A stretch of DNA of 64,000 bases from Pseudomonadota bacterium (GCA_041178425.1 JBEGVH010000030.1:96001-160000); one strand, 5' to 3'; positions 48,838-62,765 are shown, counted from the first letter of the stretch. The notes: generated by a model from the sequence alone, not told the origin. Numbers and translations are program-made.

Positions 48838-50931
48838 TTAAAATCTTCCCATTGTTTTTAATAATTCATCAGCCGCCTTTGGAGATAATGCCGCATACTC
48901 CTTAAATTCCATGGAGAAGCTTGCTCGCCCCTGACTGACTGATCGTAAATCAGTTGCATATCCAAAAAGCTTGCCAAGAGGAGCCTCCGCCTGAACGACA
49001 TGCATCGCCCCTTTCATCGCCATAGATAAAACTTTGCCTTTTCGGCTATTTAGGTCAGAGACAACGTTTCCAATGAAGTTTTCAGGAGATACAATTTCGA
49101 GCTTAAAAACAGGCTCTAAAAGCTTTACAGCGGCGCTCTTTAGCGCCTCCCTCAAAGCCATTGATGCTGCTGCTTTAAAAGCCATTTCAGACGACTTAAT
49201 CGGATCAACTTGAATATCTAAAAGTTGAACTCGAGTTTGAATTACAGGAAAGCTTGAAAGCGGCCCAACATCTAAGCCCTCTCGAAGTCCATTTTCAATG
49301 GCCAGCATAAATTCCTTAGGCGCCGACGGAAAGGAACCCATCTCCACCGGGTTGGCGGCGGAACTGTCTGGAATAACTCGAACTTTCACGAACGCAAAAG
49401 CTTCATCTCCCCCCAATACTCTTTCGTAGCGGCATTCACCTACAGCCTCCTGGGTGGCAGCCTCGCGATAGGAAACCTGAGGCTTGCCCGCATTGACCTG
49501 AACCTTATGCTCCCTGTTTAAGCGGTCCATTAAGATTTCAAGGTGCAATTCTCCCATTCCCGAAAGTAAAGTCTGCCCAGTCTCAGGATCCATTTTAAGT
49601 CTGGCCGAAGGATCCTCTTTTACTAGCTTTTGCAATCCTGCCATCATTTTTTCTTGATCCATTGAAGACTTCGCCTCTACAGCAACAGAAATAACCGGCT
49701 CTGGAGTTTTAATGGATTCAAAAACCACCTGGCGCTGAGGACTACACAATGTATCACCGGTTCCGGTATTCTTTAGACCCACAATCGCCCCCAAATCACC
49801 TGCCTTTAAACAAGGGATCTCGAGTCGTGAATTGGCATGCATGCGGACAATTTTTTGGATACGTTCTTTTTTATTTTCGCGAGGATTAATTACCTGATCG
49901 CCAACTTTTAATTCTCCCGAGTAAACCCGAACATAGGTCAGGCTTCCGGCAAAAGGATCCGATGCGATTTTAAATGCTAATGCTGCGACCGGCTCTTGAA
50001 AGTCTACCTTACACTCAATTTGTTTATCTGGATCCAAGGGGAACGTACCCACCACAGAACCCACATCCAGAGGACTAGGTAACAGTTCTACCGCCGCATC
50101 TAAGAGCGGCTGAATACCACGATTTTTGAATGATGCCCCACAGAGCACAGGGATAATATTTAACGAGAGCACACCCTTGCGAAGAATCGCCTTAAGCGCA
50201 TCGATTGAAATCTCCTCTCCAGATAAATACTTTTCCACCAGAACATCGTCGAGCTCCACAATTCTCTCGACAAGTTGATTGCGATAAGAATTTGCGAGAT
50301 CAATCAAGTCTTCAGGAATATCAGCCTCTCGACTCGCTTCGCCCTTTGTTCCCTGATCCCAAAAAAGCGCTTTCTGTGACAAAAGATCAACAACACCAAC
50401 AAACCCTTCTTCACGACCAATAGGAATTTGTAGCGGCAATGGATTTACACCAAGTCGCTCTTTGATCGAATCCAGACAGGCAAAGAAATCAGAACCAACT
50501 CTATCCATTTTATTTACAAAACAAATTCTAGGTACCTTGTACCTATCCGCCTGACGCCAAACAGTTTCTGTTTGAGGCTCAACACCACTCACTCCGTCGA
50601 ATAAAACAATAGCACCATCAAGCACCCTGAGGCTTCGCTCGACCTCGATAGTAAAATCTACGTGCCCTGGAGTATCAATTAAGTTAAGTCTGTGATTCTT
50701 CCACTCACAGGTTGTCGCTGCAGCCGTAATGGTAATCCCACGCTCCTGCTCTTGCTCCATCCAGTCCATGACAGTATCACCATCATGAACCTCTCCAATC
50801 TTATGACTCTTTCCTGTATAAAAAAGAATTCGCTCCGTCGTTGTCGTTTTGCCCGCATCAATATGGGCCATGATCCCAAAATTACGAGTGAACACCAAAT
50901 CTTCGGGCTTTTGAGGATCTTTAAAGGACAT
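48838..50931 (-). CDS. fusA: Elongation factor G family GTPase with divergent domain IV
   Basis: [30 protein letters not shown]; domain IV loops are non-canonical. Confidence 0.92.
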   Translation of the reverse strand: MSFKDPQKPEDLVFTRNFGIMAHIDAGKTTTTERILFYTGKSHKIGEVHDGDTVMDWMEQEQERGITITAAATTCEWKNHRLNLIDTPGHVDFTIEVERSLRVLDGAIVLFDGVSGVEPQTETVWRQADRYKVPRICFVNKMDRVGSDFFACLDSIKERLGVNPLPLQIPIGREEGFVGVVDLLSQKALFWDQGTKGEASREADIPEDLIDLANSYRNQLVERIVELDDVLVEKYLSGEEISIDALKAILRKGVLSLNIIPVLCGASFKNRGIQPLLDAAVELLPSPLDVGSVVGTFPLDPDKQIECKVDFQEPVAALAFKIASDPFAGSLTYVRVYSGELKVGDQVINPRENKKERIQKIVRMHANSRLEIPCLKAGDLGAIVGLKNTGTGDTLCSPQRQVVFESIKTPEPVISVAVEAKSSMDQEKMMAGLQKLVKEDPSARLKMDPETGQTLLSGMGELHLEILMDRLNREHKVQVNAGKPQVSYREAATQEAVGECRYERVLGGDEAFAFVKVRVIPDSSAANPVEMGSFPSAPKEFMLAIENGLREGLDVGPLSSFPVIQTRVQLLDIQVDPIKSSEMAFKAAASMALREALKSAAVKLLEPVFKLEIVSPENFIGNVVSDLNSRKGKVLSMAMKGAMHVVQAEAPLGKLFGYATDLRSVSQGRASFSMEFKEYAALSPKAADELLKTMGRF

Positions 50932-50999
50932 ATCTATCTCCGTATTCGTGTAACTCTTGCATTTGTAGCCATTCCCGACACTTCCGCAAGAAAAAAGGC

Positions 51000-51031
51000 A
51001 AAAAAAAAGGAGACCAAGAGGCCTCCTTTTT
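51000..51031 (-). terminator. Intrinsic terminator between rpsG and fusA
   Basis: Minus strand GGAGGCC-TCTT-GGTCTCC followed by T9. Confidence 0.85.
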
Positions 51032-51053
51032 ACTTAAAAACTAAATCTGACAA

Positions 51054-51524
51054 CTACCAGTTGTAGTGAGAGAAAGCCTTGTTAGCTTCTGCCATGCGGT
51101 GAACGTCATCTTTTTTCTTAATAGCGTTACCGCGATTGTTGTAAGCATCAACAAGCTCACTCGCCAAGCGCTTTGCAAAATCTTTTTCACCACGCTCACG
51201 AGCATTTGCAACAATCCACTTCATAGCTAAAGCTAAACGACGTGAAGGACGAACATCAACTGGAACCTGATAAGTTGCTCCACCTACTCGGCGAGAACGA
51301 ACTTCAATTGATGGCTTAACATTCTCAACTGCTTTTTTGAAAGCAACTAATGGCTCGTCGCCAGTCTTGCCCTTTAACTCATCTAACGCACCATAAAAAA
51401 GAGATTGAGCTACGCTTCTCTTTCCATCGTACATCATTCTGTTAATAAACTTTGTTACAACCACATCCTTGTAAATTGGATCAGGAAGAACTTCTCTTTT
51501 GTAAGAACCTTTTCTACGAGACAT
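51054..51524 (-). CDS. rpsG: 30S ribosomal protein S7
   Basis: [21 protein letters not shown]. Confidence 0.98.
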   Translation of the reverse strand: MSRRKGSYKREVLPDPIYKDVVVTKFINRMMYDGKRSVAQSLFYGALDELKGKTGDEPLVAFKKAVENVKPSIEVRSRRVGGATYQVPVDVRPSRRLALAMKWIVANARERGEKDFAKRLASELVDAYNNRGNAIKKKDDVHRMAEANKAFSHYNW

Positions 51525-51542
51525 ACCAGCATTCCCTCTTAA

Positions 51543-51917
51543 TTATTTTTTAGGTCTCTTTGTACCATACTTAGAACGGCTACGAAGACGACCGTTCACA
51601 CCCTGAAGATCCAACACACCGCGAACGATGTGATATCTAACACCCGGAAGATCTTTTACCCGTCCACCACGAATCAAGACAACTGAGTGCTCTTGCAAGT
51701 TGTGTCCGATACCAGGAATGTATGAGGTAACCTCATATCCGTTCGATAATCTTACACGCGCAACTTTACGGAGAGCTGAGTTAGGCTTCTTAGGAGTTGT
51801 AGTATACACGCGAGTGCAAACACCACGACGTTGAGGACACGAAGTCAAAGCAGGAGACTTAGTGTTGTTTTTCTGTACAATACGCTCACTTTTGATGAGC
51901 TGGTTTATAGTAGGCAT
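51543..51917 (-). CDS. rpsL: 30S ribosomal protein S12
   Basis: [25 protein letters not shown]. Confidence 0.98.
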   Translation of the reverse strand: MPTINQLIKSERIVQKNNTKSPALTSCPQRRGVCTRVYTTTPKKPNSALRKVARVRLSNGYEVTSYIPGIGHNLQEHSVVLIRGGRVKDLPGVRYHIVRGVLDLQGVNGRLRSRSKYGTKRPKK

Positions 51918-51982
51918 TATATTCCCCTTTAACTATTTCAAAAATAACCTGCCGAGCGGCGAGACTTACCTGTTTTTTAAAT

Positions 51983-52009
51983 ACAGGTCAAGGCATAACC
52001 TTGACCTGT
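51983..52009 (-). terminator. Hairpin after rpoC, overlapping a candidate rpsL -35 box
   Basis: ACAGGTCAAGG-N5-CCTTGACCTGT, an 11-bp perfect stem. Confidence 0.6.
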
Positions 52010-52019
52010 TCGTAGTTTT

Positions 52020-55000
52020 TTATGCGTTTGTGTGCATTCCACCTGGAAGTGGAGCTGAATAAACCGCACGTTCATCTTCTTCAACCACAACTTCCCACTT
52101 CTTATAGGCTGCAACCCCAGTTCCCGCAGGAATTAGGCGACCCATAATAATGTTTTCCTTCAGGCCGCGAAGCCTATCGGTCTTAGAGTTAATGGCTGCT
52201 TCAGTAAGAACTTTTGTTGTTTCTTGGAATGATGCCGCGCTAATCCAGCTATCAGTACTCAAAGAAACCTTAGTGATTCCAAGGAGTAATGGGCTCAAAG
52301 AAGCCGTCTGACCACCATCAGTAGTAACGCGCTCGTTTTCCTCAGCTAATTGATATTTTTCTACCTGTTCGCCAGCCAAGAAACGAGTATCTCCAGCATC
52401 AACGATTTCTACCTTACGAAGCATTTGTCGAACAATTACTTCGATGTGCTTATCGTTGATACTAACCCCTTGTAATCTGTAAACTTCTTGGATTTCATTG
52501 GTCAAATAATGGGCCAAAGCTTTTTCACCAAGAACTTTAAGAACGTCATGTGGATTGGTTGGACCATCAACTAAGGCTTCACCAGCCTTAACGTACTCGC
52601 CCTCTCTCACAGCAACGTGCTTACCCTTAGGGATTAAGTATTCTTTTTGCTCACCGATATCCGGAGTAACGATTAAGCGCTGTTTACCCTTAACGTCTTT
52701 TCCGAAAGAAACATAGCCATCAATTTCTGAGATGATAGCAGCTTCTTTTGGCTTACGAGCTTCAAATAGCTCAGCAACTCGAGGAAGACCCCCAGTGATG
52801 TCACGAGTCTTAGAAGACTCGCGGTGAATTTTTGCAATCAACTCACCAGAGTGAATTTCTTGCCCATCAACAACCATCAAGTGAGCACCAACTGGGACAA
52901 CATAGCGAGCAGGAAGATCTCTATTTGGAAGACGAACTGGTTGTCCAGCTTCATCCATTAAGAGGACCGTCGGCTTTTGATCGGCAGACTTACTTTCACT
53001 GATAACCTTTGTTGCGAATCCAGTGACTGAGTCAACTTGCTCAGTCATGGTGACGCCTTCTTCGATATCTTGGAACGCGATTCGCCCAGAAACTTCGGCA
53101 ATAATCGGGTTAGAGTATGGGTCCCATTCAGCAACAACAGCGCCTTTTTGTACCTTGTCGCCATCGTTGAAATGGAGAAGCGCACCGTATACTAATTTGA
53201 ATCGTTCTCTCTCACGGCCATTTTCATCAAGGATCAAAACGTCGCCGTTACGATTCATGACTACGTTTTTGCCTTGTTTATTTTTTACAGCATAGATACC
53301 GCTCCACTTCACGATACCATCGTAACGTGAATTATGAACCGATTGCTCGACTGACTTAGATGCCGCACCACCCATGTGGAACGTTCTCATTGTTAACTGT
53401 GTTCCTGGTTCACCAATTGACTGGGCAGCAATGATACCCACTGCTTCGCCAAGGTTAACCGTCGCACCACGAGAAAGATCGCGACCATAACATTTAACGC
53501 AAACTCCACGACGTGTTTGGCAAGTCAAAACAGATCGAATGCTTACAGACTCAATACCAAGCTCATCAATTTTTTTGATGTGATACTCAGTCACCTCTTG
53601 ACCCTTACCAACAAGAACCTCGTTTGTAAGAGGATCAACCACATCATGCATTGCCGTTCGACCTAGAATTCTCTCACCCAAACCTTGGATAATTTCTCCA
53701 CCCTGCATTAGAGGGGTAACAACTAATCCATCCTGAGAACCACAATCATGCTCACTCACAATAACATCTTGAGCGACATCGACGAGACGACGCGTGAGGT
53801 AACCTGAGTTAGCCGTCTTAAGCGCAGTATCTGCGAGACCTTTACGAGCACCGTGAGTAGAAATAAAGTACTGTAGAACTGAGAGACCTTCACGGAAATT
53901 TGCCGTGATCGGAGTTTCAATAATCTCGCCTGATGGTTTAGCCATCAAACCACGCATTCCACCCAACTGACGAATTTGAGTCGCAGAACCCCGCGCTCCA
54001 GAGTCGGCCATGATGAAGATTGGGTTGAAAGACGGAGCCTCAAACTCATGCCCTTTATCATCGATAAACTTTTGTTTTTCGAGACGAGCCATCATTTCTT
54101 TAGCAACGCGATCACTTGTTTGCGCCCAAATATCCACAACTTTGTTATATCTTTCACCGTCGGTGATAAGACCTTCATCGTACTGTTGTTGGATTTCTTG
54201 AACTTGCTTTTCAGCCTCAGAAATTAGCTGCTTTTTTGTTGGCGGAATAACCATGTCATCAATAGCGATCGACATACCTGCCTGAGTTGAATATTTAAAG
54301 CCCAACTCCATGATCTTATCAGCAAGTAAGCAGGTCGCCTTGGCACCAGCTAGACGGAAAGTCTTATCGATCAACGCTGCGATCTGTTTTTTGTTCATCA
54401 CAGTGTTGATTTCTTCGAAAGGAACTTCTCTTGGAACGACATCACTTAGGATCGCGCGTCCAATAGTTGTTTCTCTCAACTTGCCGTGGATACGAACTTT
54501 ACACAATGCTTGAAGATCAATAATTCCTGCCTCGAAAGCATACTGTGCTTCGGCGACAGAACCAAAGATCTTTCCAGTTCCACGAGCACCAGGGCGCATA
54601 CGAGTGAGCCAGTAAAGTCCCAAAACGATATCTTGAGATGGGTTTATGATTGGCTTTCCGCTCGCTGGGCTTAAGATGTTGTTTGTAGACATCATAAGTA
54701 CTCGAGCTTCCACTTGTGCTTCGACTGAGAGTGGAACGTGCACCGCCATTTGGTCACCGTCAAAGTCAGCGTTAAACGCCGTACACACAAGAGGGTGAAG
54801 CTGAATCGCCTTACCTTCGTGCAATACTGGCTCAAATGCTTGAATACCTAAACGGTGAAGTGTTGGTGCACGGTTAAGAAGTACAGGGTGCTCTTTAACC
54901 ACTTCAGAGAGAATATCCCAAACTTCTACGGTTTCTTGGTCAACTAAACGTTTTGCTTGTTTAATTGTTGTTGCGAAACCTTTTTCTTCAAGCTTATTGA

Positions 55001-56144
55001 ATACGAATGGTTTGAAAAGTTCCAAAGCCATTTTTTTCGGCAAACCACACTGATGTAGTTTCAATGTCGGACCAACTACGATAACGGAACGACCAGAGTA
55101 GTCCACACGCTTACCAAGAAGGTTTTGACGGAATCGACCTTGCTTACCTTTAAGCATGTCACTCAAAGAACGAAGTGGTCGTTTATTTGGTCCAGTAAAA
55201 GTTTTTCCGCGACGTCCGTTATCAAGAAGAGCGTCAACCGCCTCTTGCAACATTCTCTTTTCGTTACGAATAATGATGTCTGGAGCATTCAATTCTTGAA
55301 GGCGACGCAAACGATTGTTTCTGTTGATGACCCGACGATAGAGATCGTTCAAGTCGGAAGTGGCAAAACGACCACCATCCAATGGCACCAACGGACGAAG
55401 GTCCGGCGGCAATACTGGAAGAACTTCAAGCATCATCCATTCAGGACGATTTACCGAGTTCTTAAAAGCTTCAACAACTCTTAAACGCTTAGAAAGCTTT
55501 TTGATTTGCGCTTCAGATTTTGTTTCCTTGATTTCAATTCTTAATTTTCTAGAAAGGTACTCAGGGTCAATCTTACGAAGAAGATCTCTAACCGCTTCAC
55601 CACCCATTCCAGCTTTAAAGTTAGGGCCGTATTCGTTTAGTGCCGTTTGATAAGCCTCTTCAGAGAGAACTTGTCCCTCTTGAAGCGGAGTTTCCATAGG
55701 ATCAACAACGACGTGCGATTCACAATAAAGAACTTTCTCTACATCTTTTAGAGAAAGATTTAGCAGGTTACCAATTCGGCTCGGTAGAGACCGCAAAAAC
55801 CAAATATGCGCAACAGGTGTTGCCAATTCAATATGACCTAGTCGCTCACGACGCACTTTGCTTTGAGTAACTTCTACGCCACACTTTTCGCACACAACAC
55901 CGCGATACTTCATTCGCTTGTATTTGCCGCAAAGACATTCGTAGTCCTTAATTGGACCAAAAATCTTAGCACAGAATAAGCCTTCTCGCTCTGGCTTGAA
56001 AGTTCTGTAGTTAATAGTTTCCGGCTTTTTTACTTCGCCGAAGGACCATTCGCGAATCATTTCTGGCGAGGCCAATGACACTCGCACAGAATCAAATGAT
56101 AGTGGATCTTTTGGTTTATCAAAAAAATTCAACAAGTCTCTCAA
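52020..56144 (-). CDS. rpoC: RNA polymerase beta' subunit
   Basis: Zinc finger, [23 protein letters not shown] start. Confidence 0.99.
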   Translation of the reverse strand: MRDLLNFFDKPKDPLSFDSVRVSLASPEMIREWSFGEVKKPETINYRTFKPEREGLFCAKIFGPIKDYECLCGKYKRMKYRGVVCEKCGVEVTQSKVRRERLGHIELATPVAHIWFLRSLPSRIGNLLNLSLKDVEKVLYCESHVVVDPMETPLQEGQVLSEEAYQTALNEYGPNFKAGMGGEAVRDLLRKIDPEYLSRKLRIEIKETKSEAQIKKLSKRLRVVEAFKNSVNRPEWMMLEVLPVLPPDLRPLVPLDGGRFATSDLNDLYRRVINRNNRLRRLQELNAPDIIIRNEKRMLQEAVDALLDNGRRGKTFTGPNKRPLRSLSDMLKGKQGRFRQNLLGKRVDYSGRSVIVVGPTLKLHQCGLPKKMALELFKPFVFNKLEEKGFATTIKQAKRLVDQETVEVWDILSEVVKEHPVLLNRAPTLHRLGIQAFEPVLHEGKAIQLHPLVCTAFNADFDGDQMAVHVPLSVEAQVEARVLMMSTNNILSPASGKPIINPSQDIVLGLYWLTRMRPGARGTGKIFGSVAEAQYAFEAGIIDLQALCKVRIHGKLRETTIGRAILSDVVPREVPFEEINTVMNKKQIAALIDKTFRLAGAKATCLLADKIMELGFKYSTQAGMSIAIDDMVIPPTKKQLISEAEKQVQEIQQQYDEGLITDGERYNKVVDIWAQTSDRVAKEMMARLEKQKFIDDKGHEFEAPSFNPIFIMADSGARGSATQIRQLGGMRGLMAKPSGEIIETPITANFREGLSVLQYFISTHGARKGLADTALKTANSGYLTRRLVDVAQDVIVSEHDCGSQDGLVVTPLMQGGEIIQGLGERILGRTAMHDVVDPLTNEVLVGKGQEVTEYHIKKIDELGIESVSIRSVLTCQTRRGVCVKCYGRDLSRGATVNLGEAVGIIAAQSIGEPGTQLTMRTFHMGGAASKSVEQSVHNSRYDGIVKWSGIYAVKNKQGKNVVMNRNGDVLILDENGRERERFKLVYGALLHFNDGDKVQKGAVVAEWDPYSNPIIAEVSGRIAFQDIEEGVTMTEQVDSVTGFATKVISESKSADQKPTVLLMDEAGQPVRLPNRDLPARYVVPVGAHLMVVDGQEIHSGELIAKIHRESSKTRDITGGLPRVAELFEARKPKEAAIISEIDGYVSFGKDVKGKQRLIVTPDIGEQKEYLIPKGKHVAVREGEYVKAGEALVDGPTNPHDVLKVLGEKALAHYLTNEIQEVYRLQGVSINDKHIEVIVRQMLRKVEIVDAGDTRFLAGEQVEKYQLAEENERVTTDGGQTASLSPLLLGITKVSLSTDSWISAASFQETTKVLTEAAINSKTDRLRGLKENIIMGRLIPAGTGVAAYKKWEVVVEEDERAVYSAPLPGGMHTNA

Positions 56145-56181
56145 GGTGCTCTCCTTATGTCTCTTGTTGGTTTACAACAAA

Positions 56182-59100
56182 TTAATGGGTTTTATCAGTT
56201 TTATCGCCAGCTTCAGATTGAGCAGGTGTTTCTTCACCCGTCTCAACATTGTCGGTCAGGATATCTGATTCAACCAGTTCTACGTTGAGGGCCAAGCTTT
56301 GAAGCTCTTTCACAAGTACGTTGAAAGATTCAGGCAAACCTGGCTCGAGTATGTTTTCACCCTTCACGATGCTTTCATACATGCGCGTTCTTCCTGCCAC
56401 GTCATCTGACTTAACAGTGAGGAATTCTTGTAATGAATAAGCAGCGCCATAAGCCTCGATCGCCCAAACTTCCATCTCTCCCAATCTCTGACCACCGAAC
56501 TGAGCTTTACCACCCAGAGGCTGCTGAGACACAAGAGAGTAAGGCCCGATCGAACGAGCGTGAATCTTTTCTTCAACTAAGTGATGCAGCTTCAACATAT
56601 ACATAATTCCAACCGTTACCGGGTTTTGGAATGGTATACCTGTACGGCCGTCGAATAAGATTGTCTTTCCGGTACTTGGAAGCCCAGCTTTACCTAAAAG
56701 ACCTTTTACGTCTTCTTCTGTCGCTCCATCGAACACTGGCGTTCCAATGTGAACCCCATGTTTAACGCTGGTAACGATAGATTTAAGTGAAGCTTCATCA
56801 GCCTTTTCTAACTTTTCAGTAATCTCAGAATCAGAGAAGATGTTGATCATGTCTTTTCGGACTTGCTCTGCATTCCAGTTATCAAGGTAGTTAGATAGCT
56901 GCTTACCCAAGTTGTGGGCAGCCCAACCCAAGTGAACCTCTAAGATCTGACCTATGTTCATACGAGATGGAACCCCTAGTGGGTTGAGAACCATGTCAAC
57001 TGGAGTACCATCTGCCAAATATGGCATATCTTCTACTGGCAATACTTTAGAAACGACACCCTTGTTACCGTGACGTCCGGCAAACTTATCACCAACTTGG
57101 AGCTTACGACGGATTGCTACGTAAACTTTAACCATTTTGATAACGCCCGGAGGAAGTTCATCCCCCTTGCGAAGACGATCGATCTTCTCGTTGAATACTA
57201 ACTTAACAGCATCCAACTGATTTCTTGCTCCATCCAATACCTTAGTGACTTGGTACTCAAGGTCTGAATCAAGCGGGATATATGATAAGAGATCAAATGG
57301 AATTGTCTCAAGATCAGCAGAAGAAATAACCTGCCCCTTATTTAGAAGCTTTTGGCTACCATCTTCGTTCAAAAGAACTCCCTGAGTGGTTTTACCAATC
57401 AAAAGCTCCTTCAACTTACCGATCGCATTGTTCTTAATAACGTTTTGCTCAACAGCGAGATCTTTTTCTAATTTTTTCTTCTTTTCATCGATGATCAAAG
57501 ACAAACGCTCATCTCGCTCAGCGCCTTCACGGCTATAAACCTGAGCATCGATAACTGTACCATAAACTCCTGATGGAACTCGAAGAGATGTGTCTCTAAC
57601 GTCGCCAGCCTTTTCGCCGAAGATCGCTCTCAAAAGTTTTTCCTCTGGAGACAACTGAGTTTCACCTTTTGGAGTTACCTTACCAACAAGGATATAACCC
57701 GGCTTCACTTCAGCACCAATTCTTATGATACCCGAGCTATCAAGATCCTTAAGCGCTTCCTCACCTACGTTAGCGATATCTCTAGTGATTTCTTCTTTAC
57801 CAAGTTTAGTGTCACGAGCCACACACTCAAACTCTTCAATATGAATAGACGTGTAGGTATCGTCTTTAAGAAGTCTTTCACTAATAAGGATTGAATCCTC
57901 AAAGTTGTAACCTTGCCAAGGAGTGAACGCCACGAGGATGTTTTGACCAAGAGCCAATTCTCCCAATTCCGTTGAAGGACCGTCAGCAATAATATCACCC
58001 TTAGAAACACGATCGCCTTTTTGAACGATTGGTTTTTGGTTGAAACAAGTGTTTTGGTTAGTTCGCTGATACTTAGTAAGGTTATAGATATCGACGTTAG
58101 CACCGAGCTCACCGCCCTTAGCCAAACGACGAATAACTACTCTCGATGCATCAACTTCTTCAACAACCCCATCGTTCTGTACAACAACGGAAGTCCCGGA
58201 ATCACGGGCAACGAGTTTTTCAACGCCAGTACCCACAAGTGGAGCTCTTGATCTCAAGAGAGGAACCGCTTGACGTTGCATGTTTGATCCCATGAGAGCT
58301 CGGTTCGCATCATCATGTTCAAGGAACGGAATCAAGCTAGCGGCGATTGAAACCAACTGACTTGGAGATACGTCCATTAGAGTTACTTTATTCTTATCAA
58401 CAACCTCATATTCACCATCACGACGGCACGTTACGGTGTCGGTCGCAATTTCGCGACTTGCACCAGAATCACGAGTTGCCTGAGCGATCAAGTGACCCTG
58501 CTCTTCAAGAGCAGAAAGATAAGAGATGTCTTTTGAAACCTTTGCCGTTTCAACTGTACGGTAAGGAGTCTCGATGAAACCGTAGTGATTGATTCGCGCG
58601 TATGTTGCCAATGAGGCAATCAAACCAATGTTTGGACCTTCCGGAGTTTCAATAGGACAAATACGACCGTAGTGGGTCGGGTGCACGTCTCGAACCTCAA
58701 AGCCAGCACGATCACGAGTTAAACCACCGGGCCCTAGAGCAGACAGCCTACGCTTATGGGTAATTTCTGAGAGAGGATTTGTTTGATCCATAAACTGTGA
58801 CAACTGAGAAGCTCCAAAGAACTCCTTCACAACTGCATTCACAGGTTTAGCATTCACTAGGTCATGCGGCATCATGGTTTCTACGTCTTGAAGAGACATT
58901 CTTTCGCGAATCGCTCTCTCCATACGCACAAGACCAATACGATATTGGTTTTCCAACAATTCACCCACAGACCGGACACGACGGTTACCGAGGTGATCGA
59001 TATCATCCACAATACCACGACCATTTTTAAGGTCGATGAGAGTCTTAACGGTGGATACGATATCCTTATTCGTTAAAATTCTAAAATCTGGCGGACACTC

Positions 59101-60372
59101 TTCCATCGGAATATTGAACTTGTGATTGATCTTGATACGACCAACCTCAGACAAGTCATAAGTTTCACCATCAAAGAATAAACGTTTAAAGAATACAGTA
59201 GCTGCCTCAAGTGTTGGCGGCTCACCAGGACGAAGACGCTTGTAAATCTCAAGGAGCGCTTCATCTTTTGTGTTAATTTTATCAACTAACAAAGTGTTTC
59301 GAAGGAATGGACCAACAGAGAGACCATCAAAGAAAATTAAATAGAACTTAGTGATTCCGATTTCGAGAGCCTTACGAAGGCTCGCTTTAGTCAATTCGGA
59401 GTTAGCGTCTGCAAGGATTTCACCAGTCTCTTCGTCGATTAGTGGCTTAGCTAGAACTTTGCCTTCGAGGTCAGCCTCACCAACCTCAAGCTCAGTGACG
59501 TCTAACTCTTTTAGCTTTTTAACGACGTTTCTAGTGATACGACGACCCGCTTTAACGATTGCCTCACCAGACTTTGGATCCATGATATCTACAATAGCTC
59601 TCTGACCCGCCATACGTTCGATATCAAGCTTTCGATAGAGTTTTCCCGCTTTGGCGTAAACTTCATCGAGATCATAGTAGTGCTGGAGCAACTGCTCAGT
59701 ATTATAGCCGAGCGCCTTAAGAAGTATAGTTGCTGGGAACTTACGACGGCGATCAATACGAACATAAATTAAGTCTTTTTGATCGAATTCAAAATCTAAC
59801 CAAGATCCACGGTACGGAATCACTCGCGCAGAATAAATCAGTTTACCGCTGGCATTGTTCTTTCCACCATCATGATCGAAGAACACACCTGGTGAACGGT
59901 GCAACTGGCTCACAACTACGCGTTCAGTACCATTGATGATAAAAGAACCGTTCGCAGTCATGAGAGGGATTTCTCCCAAGTAGACTTCTTGCTCTTTTAC
60001 GTCTCGAATGTTGCGAGCTTCTGTTTCTTCATCAACTTCAAAAACGATCAATCGAAGGGTAACTTTGATTGGAGCCGCAAATGTCATACCTCTTTGGCGA
60101 CACTCATCTACGTCATATTTCGGCGGCTCAAGTGTGTAACTGACGAACTCTAACGAAGCGGTATTGTTAAAGTCGCTGATAGGAAAAACAGAGCGAAATA
60201 CACCATTTAACCCATCCTCTCCCCTCTTATCGATATCTACATCTTTCTGTAGAAATGCCTCATAAGAACTCTTTTGAAGCTCGATTAGATTTGGAATATC
60301 GATAACCTGCTTATTCTTTGCATAGGATTTTCGAACTCTAAGATTGGATGCGGTGATAGGAGTATGTCCCAT
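56182..60372 (-). CDS. rpoB: RNA polymerase beta subunit
   Basis: [29 protein letters not shown]. Confidence 0.99.
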   Translation of the reverse strand: MGHTPITASNLRVRKSYAKNKQVIDIPNLIELQKSSYEAFLQKDVDIDKRGEDGLNGVFRSVFPISDFNNTASLEFVSYTLEPPKYDVDECRQRGMTFAAPIKVTLRLIVFEVDEETEARNIRDVKEQEVYLGEIPLMTANGSFIINGTERVVVSQLHRSPGVFFDHDGGKNNASGKLIYSARVIPYRGSWLDFEFDQKDLIYVRIDRRRKFPATILLKALGYNTEQLLQHYYDLDEVYAKAGKLYRKLDIERMAGQRAIVDIMDPKSGEAIVKAGRRITRNVVKKLKELDVTELEVGEADLEGKVLAKPLIDEETGEILADANSELTKASLRKALEIGITKFYLIFFDGLSVGPFLRNTLLVDKINTKDEALLEIYKRLRPGEPPTLEAATVFFKRLFFDGETYDLSEVGRIKINHKFNIPMEECPPDFRILTNKDIVSTVKTLIDLKNGRGIVDDIDHLGNRRVRSVGELLENQYRIGLVRMERAIRERMSLQDVETMMPHDLVNAKPVNAVVKEFFGASQLSQFMDQTNPLSEITHKRRLSALGPGGLTRDRAGFEVRDVHPTHYGRICPIETPEGPNIGLIASLATYARINHYGFIETPYRTVETAKVSKDISYLSALEEQGHLIAQATRDSGASREIATDTVTCRRDGEYEVVDKNKVTLMDVSPSQLVSIAASLIPFLEHDDANRALMGSNMQRQAVPLLRSRAPLVGTGVEKLVARDSGTSVVVQNDGVVEEVDASRVVIRRLAKGGELGANVDIYNLTKYQRTNQNTCFNQKPIVQKGDRVSKGDIIADGPSTELGELALGQNILVAFTPWQGYNFEDSILISERLLKDDTYTSIHIEEFECVARDTKLGKEEITRDIANVGEEALKDLDSSGIIRIGAEVKPGYILVGKVTPKGETQLSPEEKLLRAIFGEKAGDVRDTSLRVPSGVYGTVIDAQVYSREGAERDERLSLIIDEKKKKLEKDLAVEQNVIKNNAIGKLKELLIGKTTQGVLLNEDGSQKLLNKGQVISSADLETIPFDLLSYIPLDSDLEYQVTKVLDGARNQLDAVKLVFNEKIDRLRKGDELPPGVIKMVKVYVAIRRKLQVGDKFAGRHGNKGVVSKVLPVEDMPYLADGTPVDMVLNPLGVPSRMNIGQILEVHLGWAAHNLGKQLSNYLDNWNAEQVRKDMINIFSDSEITEKLEKADEASLKSIVTSVKHGVHIGTPVFDGATEEDVKGLLGKAGLPSTGKTILFDGRTGIPFQNPVTVGIMYMLKLHHLVEEKIHARSIGPYSLVSQQPLGGKAQFGGQRLGEMEVWAIEAYGAAYSLQEFLTVKSDDVAGRTRMYESIVKGENILEPGLPESFNVLVKELQSLALNVELVESDILTDNVETGEETPAQSEAGDKTDKTH

Positions 60373-60415
60373 TCTTTCTCCTTAGACAAAATCGTGAGTG
60401 AAAATGAAATAATAC

Positions 60416-60448
60416 AAGCTCTGCCCTGCGAATCGCAAGGCAGAGCTT
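60416..60448 (-). terminator. Hairpin between rplL and rpoB, possible attenuator
   Basis: AAGCTCTGCCTTGCG-ATT-CGCAGGGCAGAGCTT followed by a U-rich tail. Confidence 0.6.
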
Positions 60449-60463
60449 ACAGCATCAAGATTA

Positions 60464-60841
60464 TTACTTGATTTGAACTTTTGCACCTGCTGCTTCAAGG
60501 GCTTTCTTAAATTTTTCAGCATCTTCTTTAGATGCACCCTCTTTAACAGTCTTAGGAGCGCCTTCAACAAGAGCTTTTGCTTCAGCTAAGCCCAAGCCAG
60601 TGATAGCACGAACTTCTTTAATAACGTTGATTTTGTTAGCGCCTGCGTCAGCAAGAACAACGTCAAAAGCAGTTTTTTCTTCAACAGGAGCAGCGGCAGC
60701 ACCACCACCAACTGCAGCAACAGCTACAGGAGCAGCAGCAGTAACTCCCCACTTGTCTTCTAAATCTTTAATAAGTCCAGCCAATTCAATAACTGGCATT
60801 TGTGATAAATAATCGATAACTTGATCTTTTGTAAGTGACAT
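60464..60841 (-). CDS. rplL: 50S ribosomal protein L7/L12
   Basis: [19 protein letters not shown] 60841 follows GGAGG. Confidence 0.97.
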   Translation of the reverse strand: MSLTKDQVIDYLSQMPVIELAGLIKDLEDKWGVTAAAPVAVAAVGGGAAAAPVEEKTAFDVVLADAGANKINVIKEVRAITGLGLAEAKALVEGAPKTVKEGASKEDAEKFKKALEAAGAKVQIK

Positions 60842-60865
60842 AAAAACCTCCAATAAATTTTAAAC

Positions 60866-61390
60866 TTAACCTAATTTTTCTTTTTGTGCGGCTAACACTC
60901 TGACAAATCCACTTGGAACAGCATTGAGAGTTCCAACGAATTTTGACATAGGAGCTTGCAACAAGCCCAAAAATTGAGCACGCAATACATCTTTTGTCGG
61001 CAAAGTAGCCAATTGCATAATCTTAACTTGATCGAGAGCGACATTATCCATGACGCCAACCTTGAGTTGCAACAACTCAACGTCTTTTGCGAATCCAGAC
61101 AAGACTTTTGCAGATGCGGAAACGTCTCCGTAGGCAAACACGATAGCATTTGTACCGCGTAATGAACTATTCAACGCTTTCCCGGCTTCAGGAAACTGCT
61201 CAAGAGCTTTTTCAGCAAGAGTGTTTCTAACAACCTGCATCTCTGATTCAACGGGATTCAGTTTTTTACGCAGAGTTGTAACCTGCTCAACTTTCATACC
61301 TTTGAAATCTACGAGAAACGCTGCTTTTGCCTTACTAAACTTTTCTGCAAGTGCTTTTACAGTTTCTGCTTTTTGTGCGCGAGTCATCAT
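60866..61390 (-). CDS. rplJ: 50S ribosomal protein L10
   Basis: VVRNTL, LATLP; position in the operon. Confidence 0.95.
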   Translation of the reverse strand: MMTRAQKAETVKALAEKFSKAKAAFLVDFKGMKVEQVTTLRKKLNPVESEMQVVRNTLAEKALEQFPEAGKALNSSLRGTNAIVFAYGDVSASAKVLSGFAKDVELLQLKVGVMDNVALDQVKIMQLATLPTKDVLRAQFLGLLQAPMSKFVGTLNAVPSGFVRVLAAQKEKLG

Positions 61391-61467
61391 AAGTATACCT
61401 CCTTTCTATAGAATCGTATGCGATTCAGGACCGGATGGAGGTTAAAGACATAAAATGCTAAACCAAT

Positions 61468-61529
61468 GCCCGTCTCGGTAGGCCCCACTTTCGTGAGCTT
61501 AAGTGTAAACACCTACTTTCTCTGACCGC
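61468..61529 (-). promoter_or_regulatory. L10 leader (rplJL autoregulatory RNA)
   Basis: Minus strand GTCAGAGAAAGTAGGTG...TTAA...CCTACCGAGACGG matches the L10-leader pattern and lies upstream of rplJ. Confidence 0.8.
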
Positions 61530-61578
61530 ACTTAGTGGCCTCAGCTCCTGCCAAAGCCACCTTGTTTTTAATATTTAA

Positions 61579-62280
61579 TTATACTGTTTTGGTTGATGCC
61601 TGTAGAGCATCGACTTTCACGCTTGGACCCATAGTAGAAGCCATAGCGATCGCCTGAAGGTAAATACCCTTGCTCGAAGCAGGTTTTGCCTTCATGACGG
61701 CACCCAAGAATGCCAAGAAATTATCTTGAATCTTGTCTGCACCCATCGATTTGCGACCAACAGAAGCGTGAATGATACCGGCCTTATCAACACGGAAATC
61801 AAGCTTACCCTTCTTTTCAGCTGTCACGGCTTCACCAACGTTCATAGTCACAGTACCGATTTTTGGGTTTGGCATTAAGCCACGAGGCCCAAGAATCTTT
61901 GCGACCTTAGAAACAACGCCCATCATATCAGGGGTTGCGATGGCTTTGTCGAAATCGAGCCAGCCTTCTGTGATCTTTTGAACGAGATCTTCCGCACCAA
62001 CGTAGTCTGCACCAGCAGCTTTTGCTTCAGCCTCTTTAGGACCTTTAGCAAAAACAATTACGCGAACAGCCTTTCCAAGACCATGAGGCAATGCAATAGC
62101 ACCTCTCACGTTTTGGTCAGATTGCTTAGGATCAACGCCAAGGTTTACAGCAACGTCGATTGATTCATCAAACTTTGCAGTTGCAGTCTGAATAACCATC
62201 TTACATGCTTCTTCCAAAGCGTATCTTTTTGTAGAATCGACGAGCTTGCTCGTCTTTATGTATCTTTTATTTTTAGCCAT
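61579..62280 (-). CDS. rplA: 50S ribosomal protein L1
   Basis: [21 protein letters not shown]. Confidence 0.98.
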   Translation of the reverse strand: MAKNKRYIKTSKLVDSTKRYALEEACKMVIQTATAKFDESIDVAVNLGVDPKQSDQNVRGAIALPHGLGKAVRVIVFAKGPKEAEAKAAGADYVGAEDLVQKITEGWLDFDKAIATPDMMGVVSKVAKILGPRGLMPNPKIGTVTMNVGEAVTAEKKGKLDFRVDKAGIIHASVGRKSMGADKIQDNFLAFLGAVMKAKPASSKGIYLQAIAMASTMGPSVKVDALQASTKTV

Positions 62281-62287
62281 AGCTTAC

Positions 62288-62713
62288 CTACTCAACCACT
62301 TCTACGCCCATAGAACGAGCGGTTCCAATAACCTGAGACATAGCGGATTCAACCTTAAGACAGTTAAGATCTGGAATCTTGAGCTGACCAATCGACTTAA
62401 CGTCGGCCATCTTAATCTTTCCAACCTTATCTTTTTGAGGTTGTTTTGATCCACTCTGAAGTTTCGCAGCTTTTTTTACCAAGCTTGAAACAGGTGGTGT
62501 TTTAGTGATGAAGGTAAACGAACGGTCTTGGTAAACAGTGATGATAATCGGAACGATTGAATCACCTAAGCTCTGTGTACGAGCATTAAACTGCTTACAG
62601 AATTCCATGATGTTTACCCCATGCTGTCCGAGCGCCGGTCCAACGGGTGGAGCTGGATTCGCTTTCCCTGCCGGTATCTGCAATTTCACCATTCCAGTTA
62701 CTTTTTTTGCCAT
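62288..62713 (-). CDS. rplK: 50S ribosomal protein L11
   Basis: [23 protein letters not shown]. Confidence 0.98.
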   Translation of the reverse strand: MAKKVTGMVKLQIPAGKANPAPPVGPALGQHGVNIMEFCKQFNARTQSLGDSIVPIIITVYQDRSFTFITKTPPVSSLVKKAAKLQSGSKQPQKDKVGKIKMADVKSIGQLKIPDLNCLKVESAMSQVIGTARSMGVEVVE

Positions 62714-62765
62714 ACCCACTCCTAACAAATGAGGTGTTAATTAAACCTAAAGCAGCCTATCCGCT

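Noticed and set aside
58730..58830. Possible rifampicin-resistance substitutions in RpoB (and streptomycin sites in S12)
   Set aside because: The key Q, D, H, R and S residues of cluster I and both S12 lysines look wild type.
52020..60372. Inteins, introns or an rpoB-rpoC fusion
   Set aside because: Lengths are ordinary, the ORFs are separate and uninterrupted, and no intein motifs were seen.
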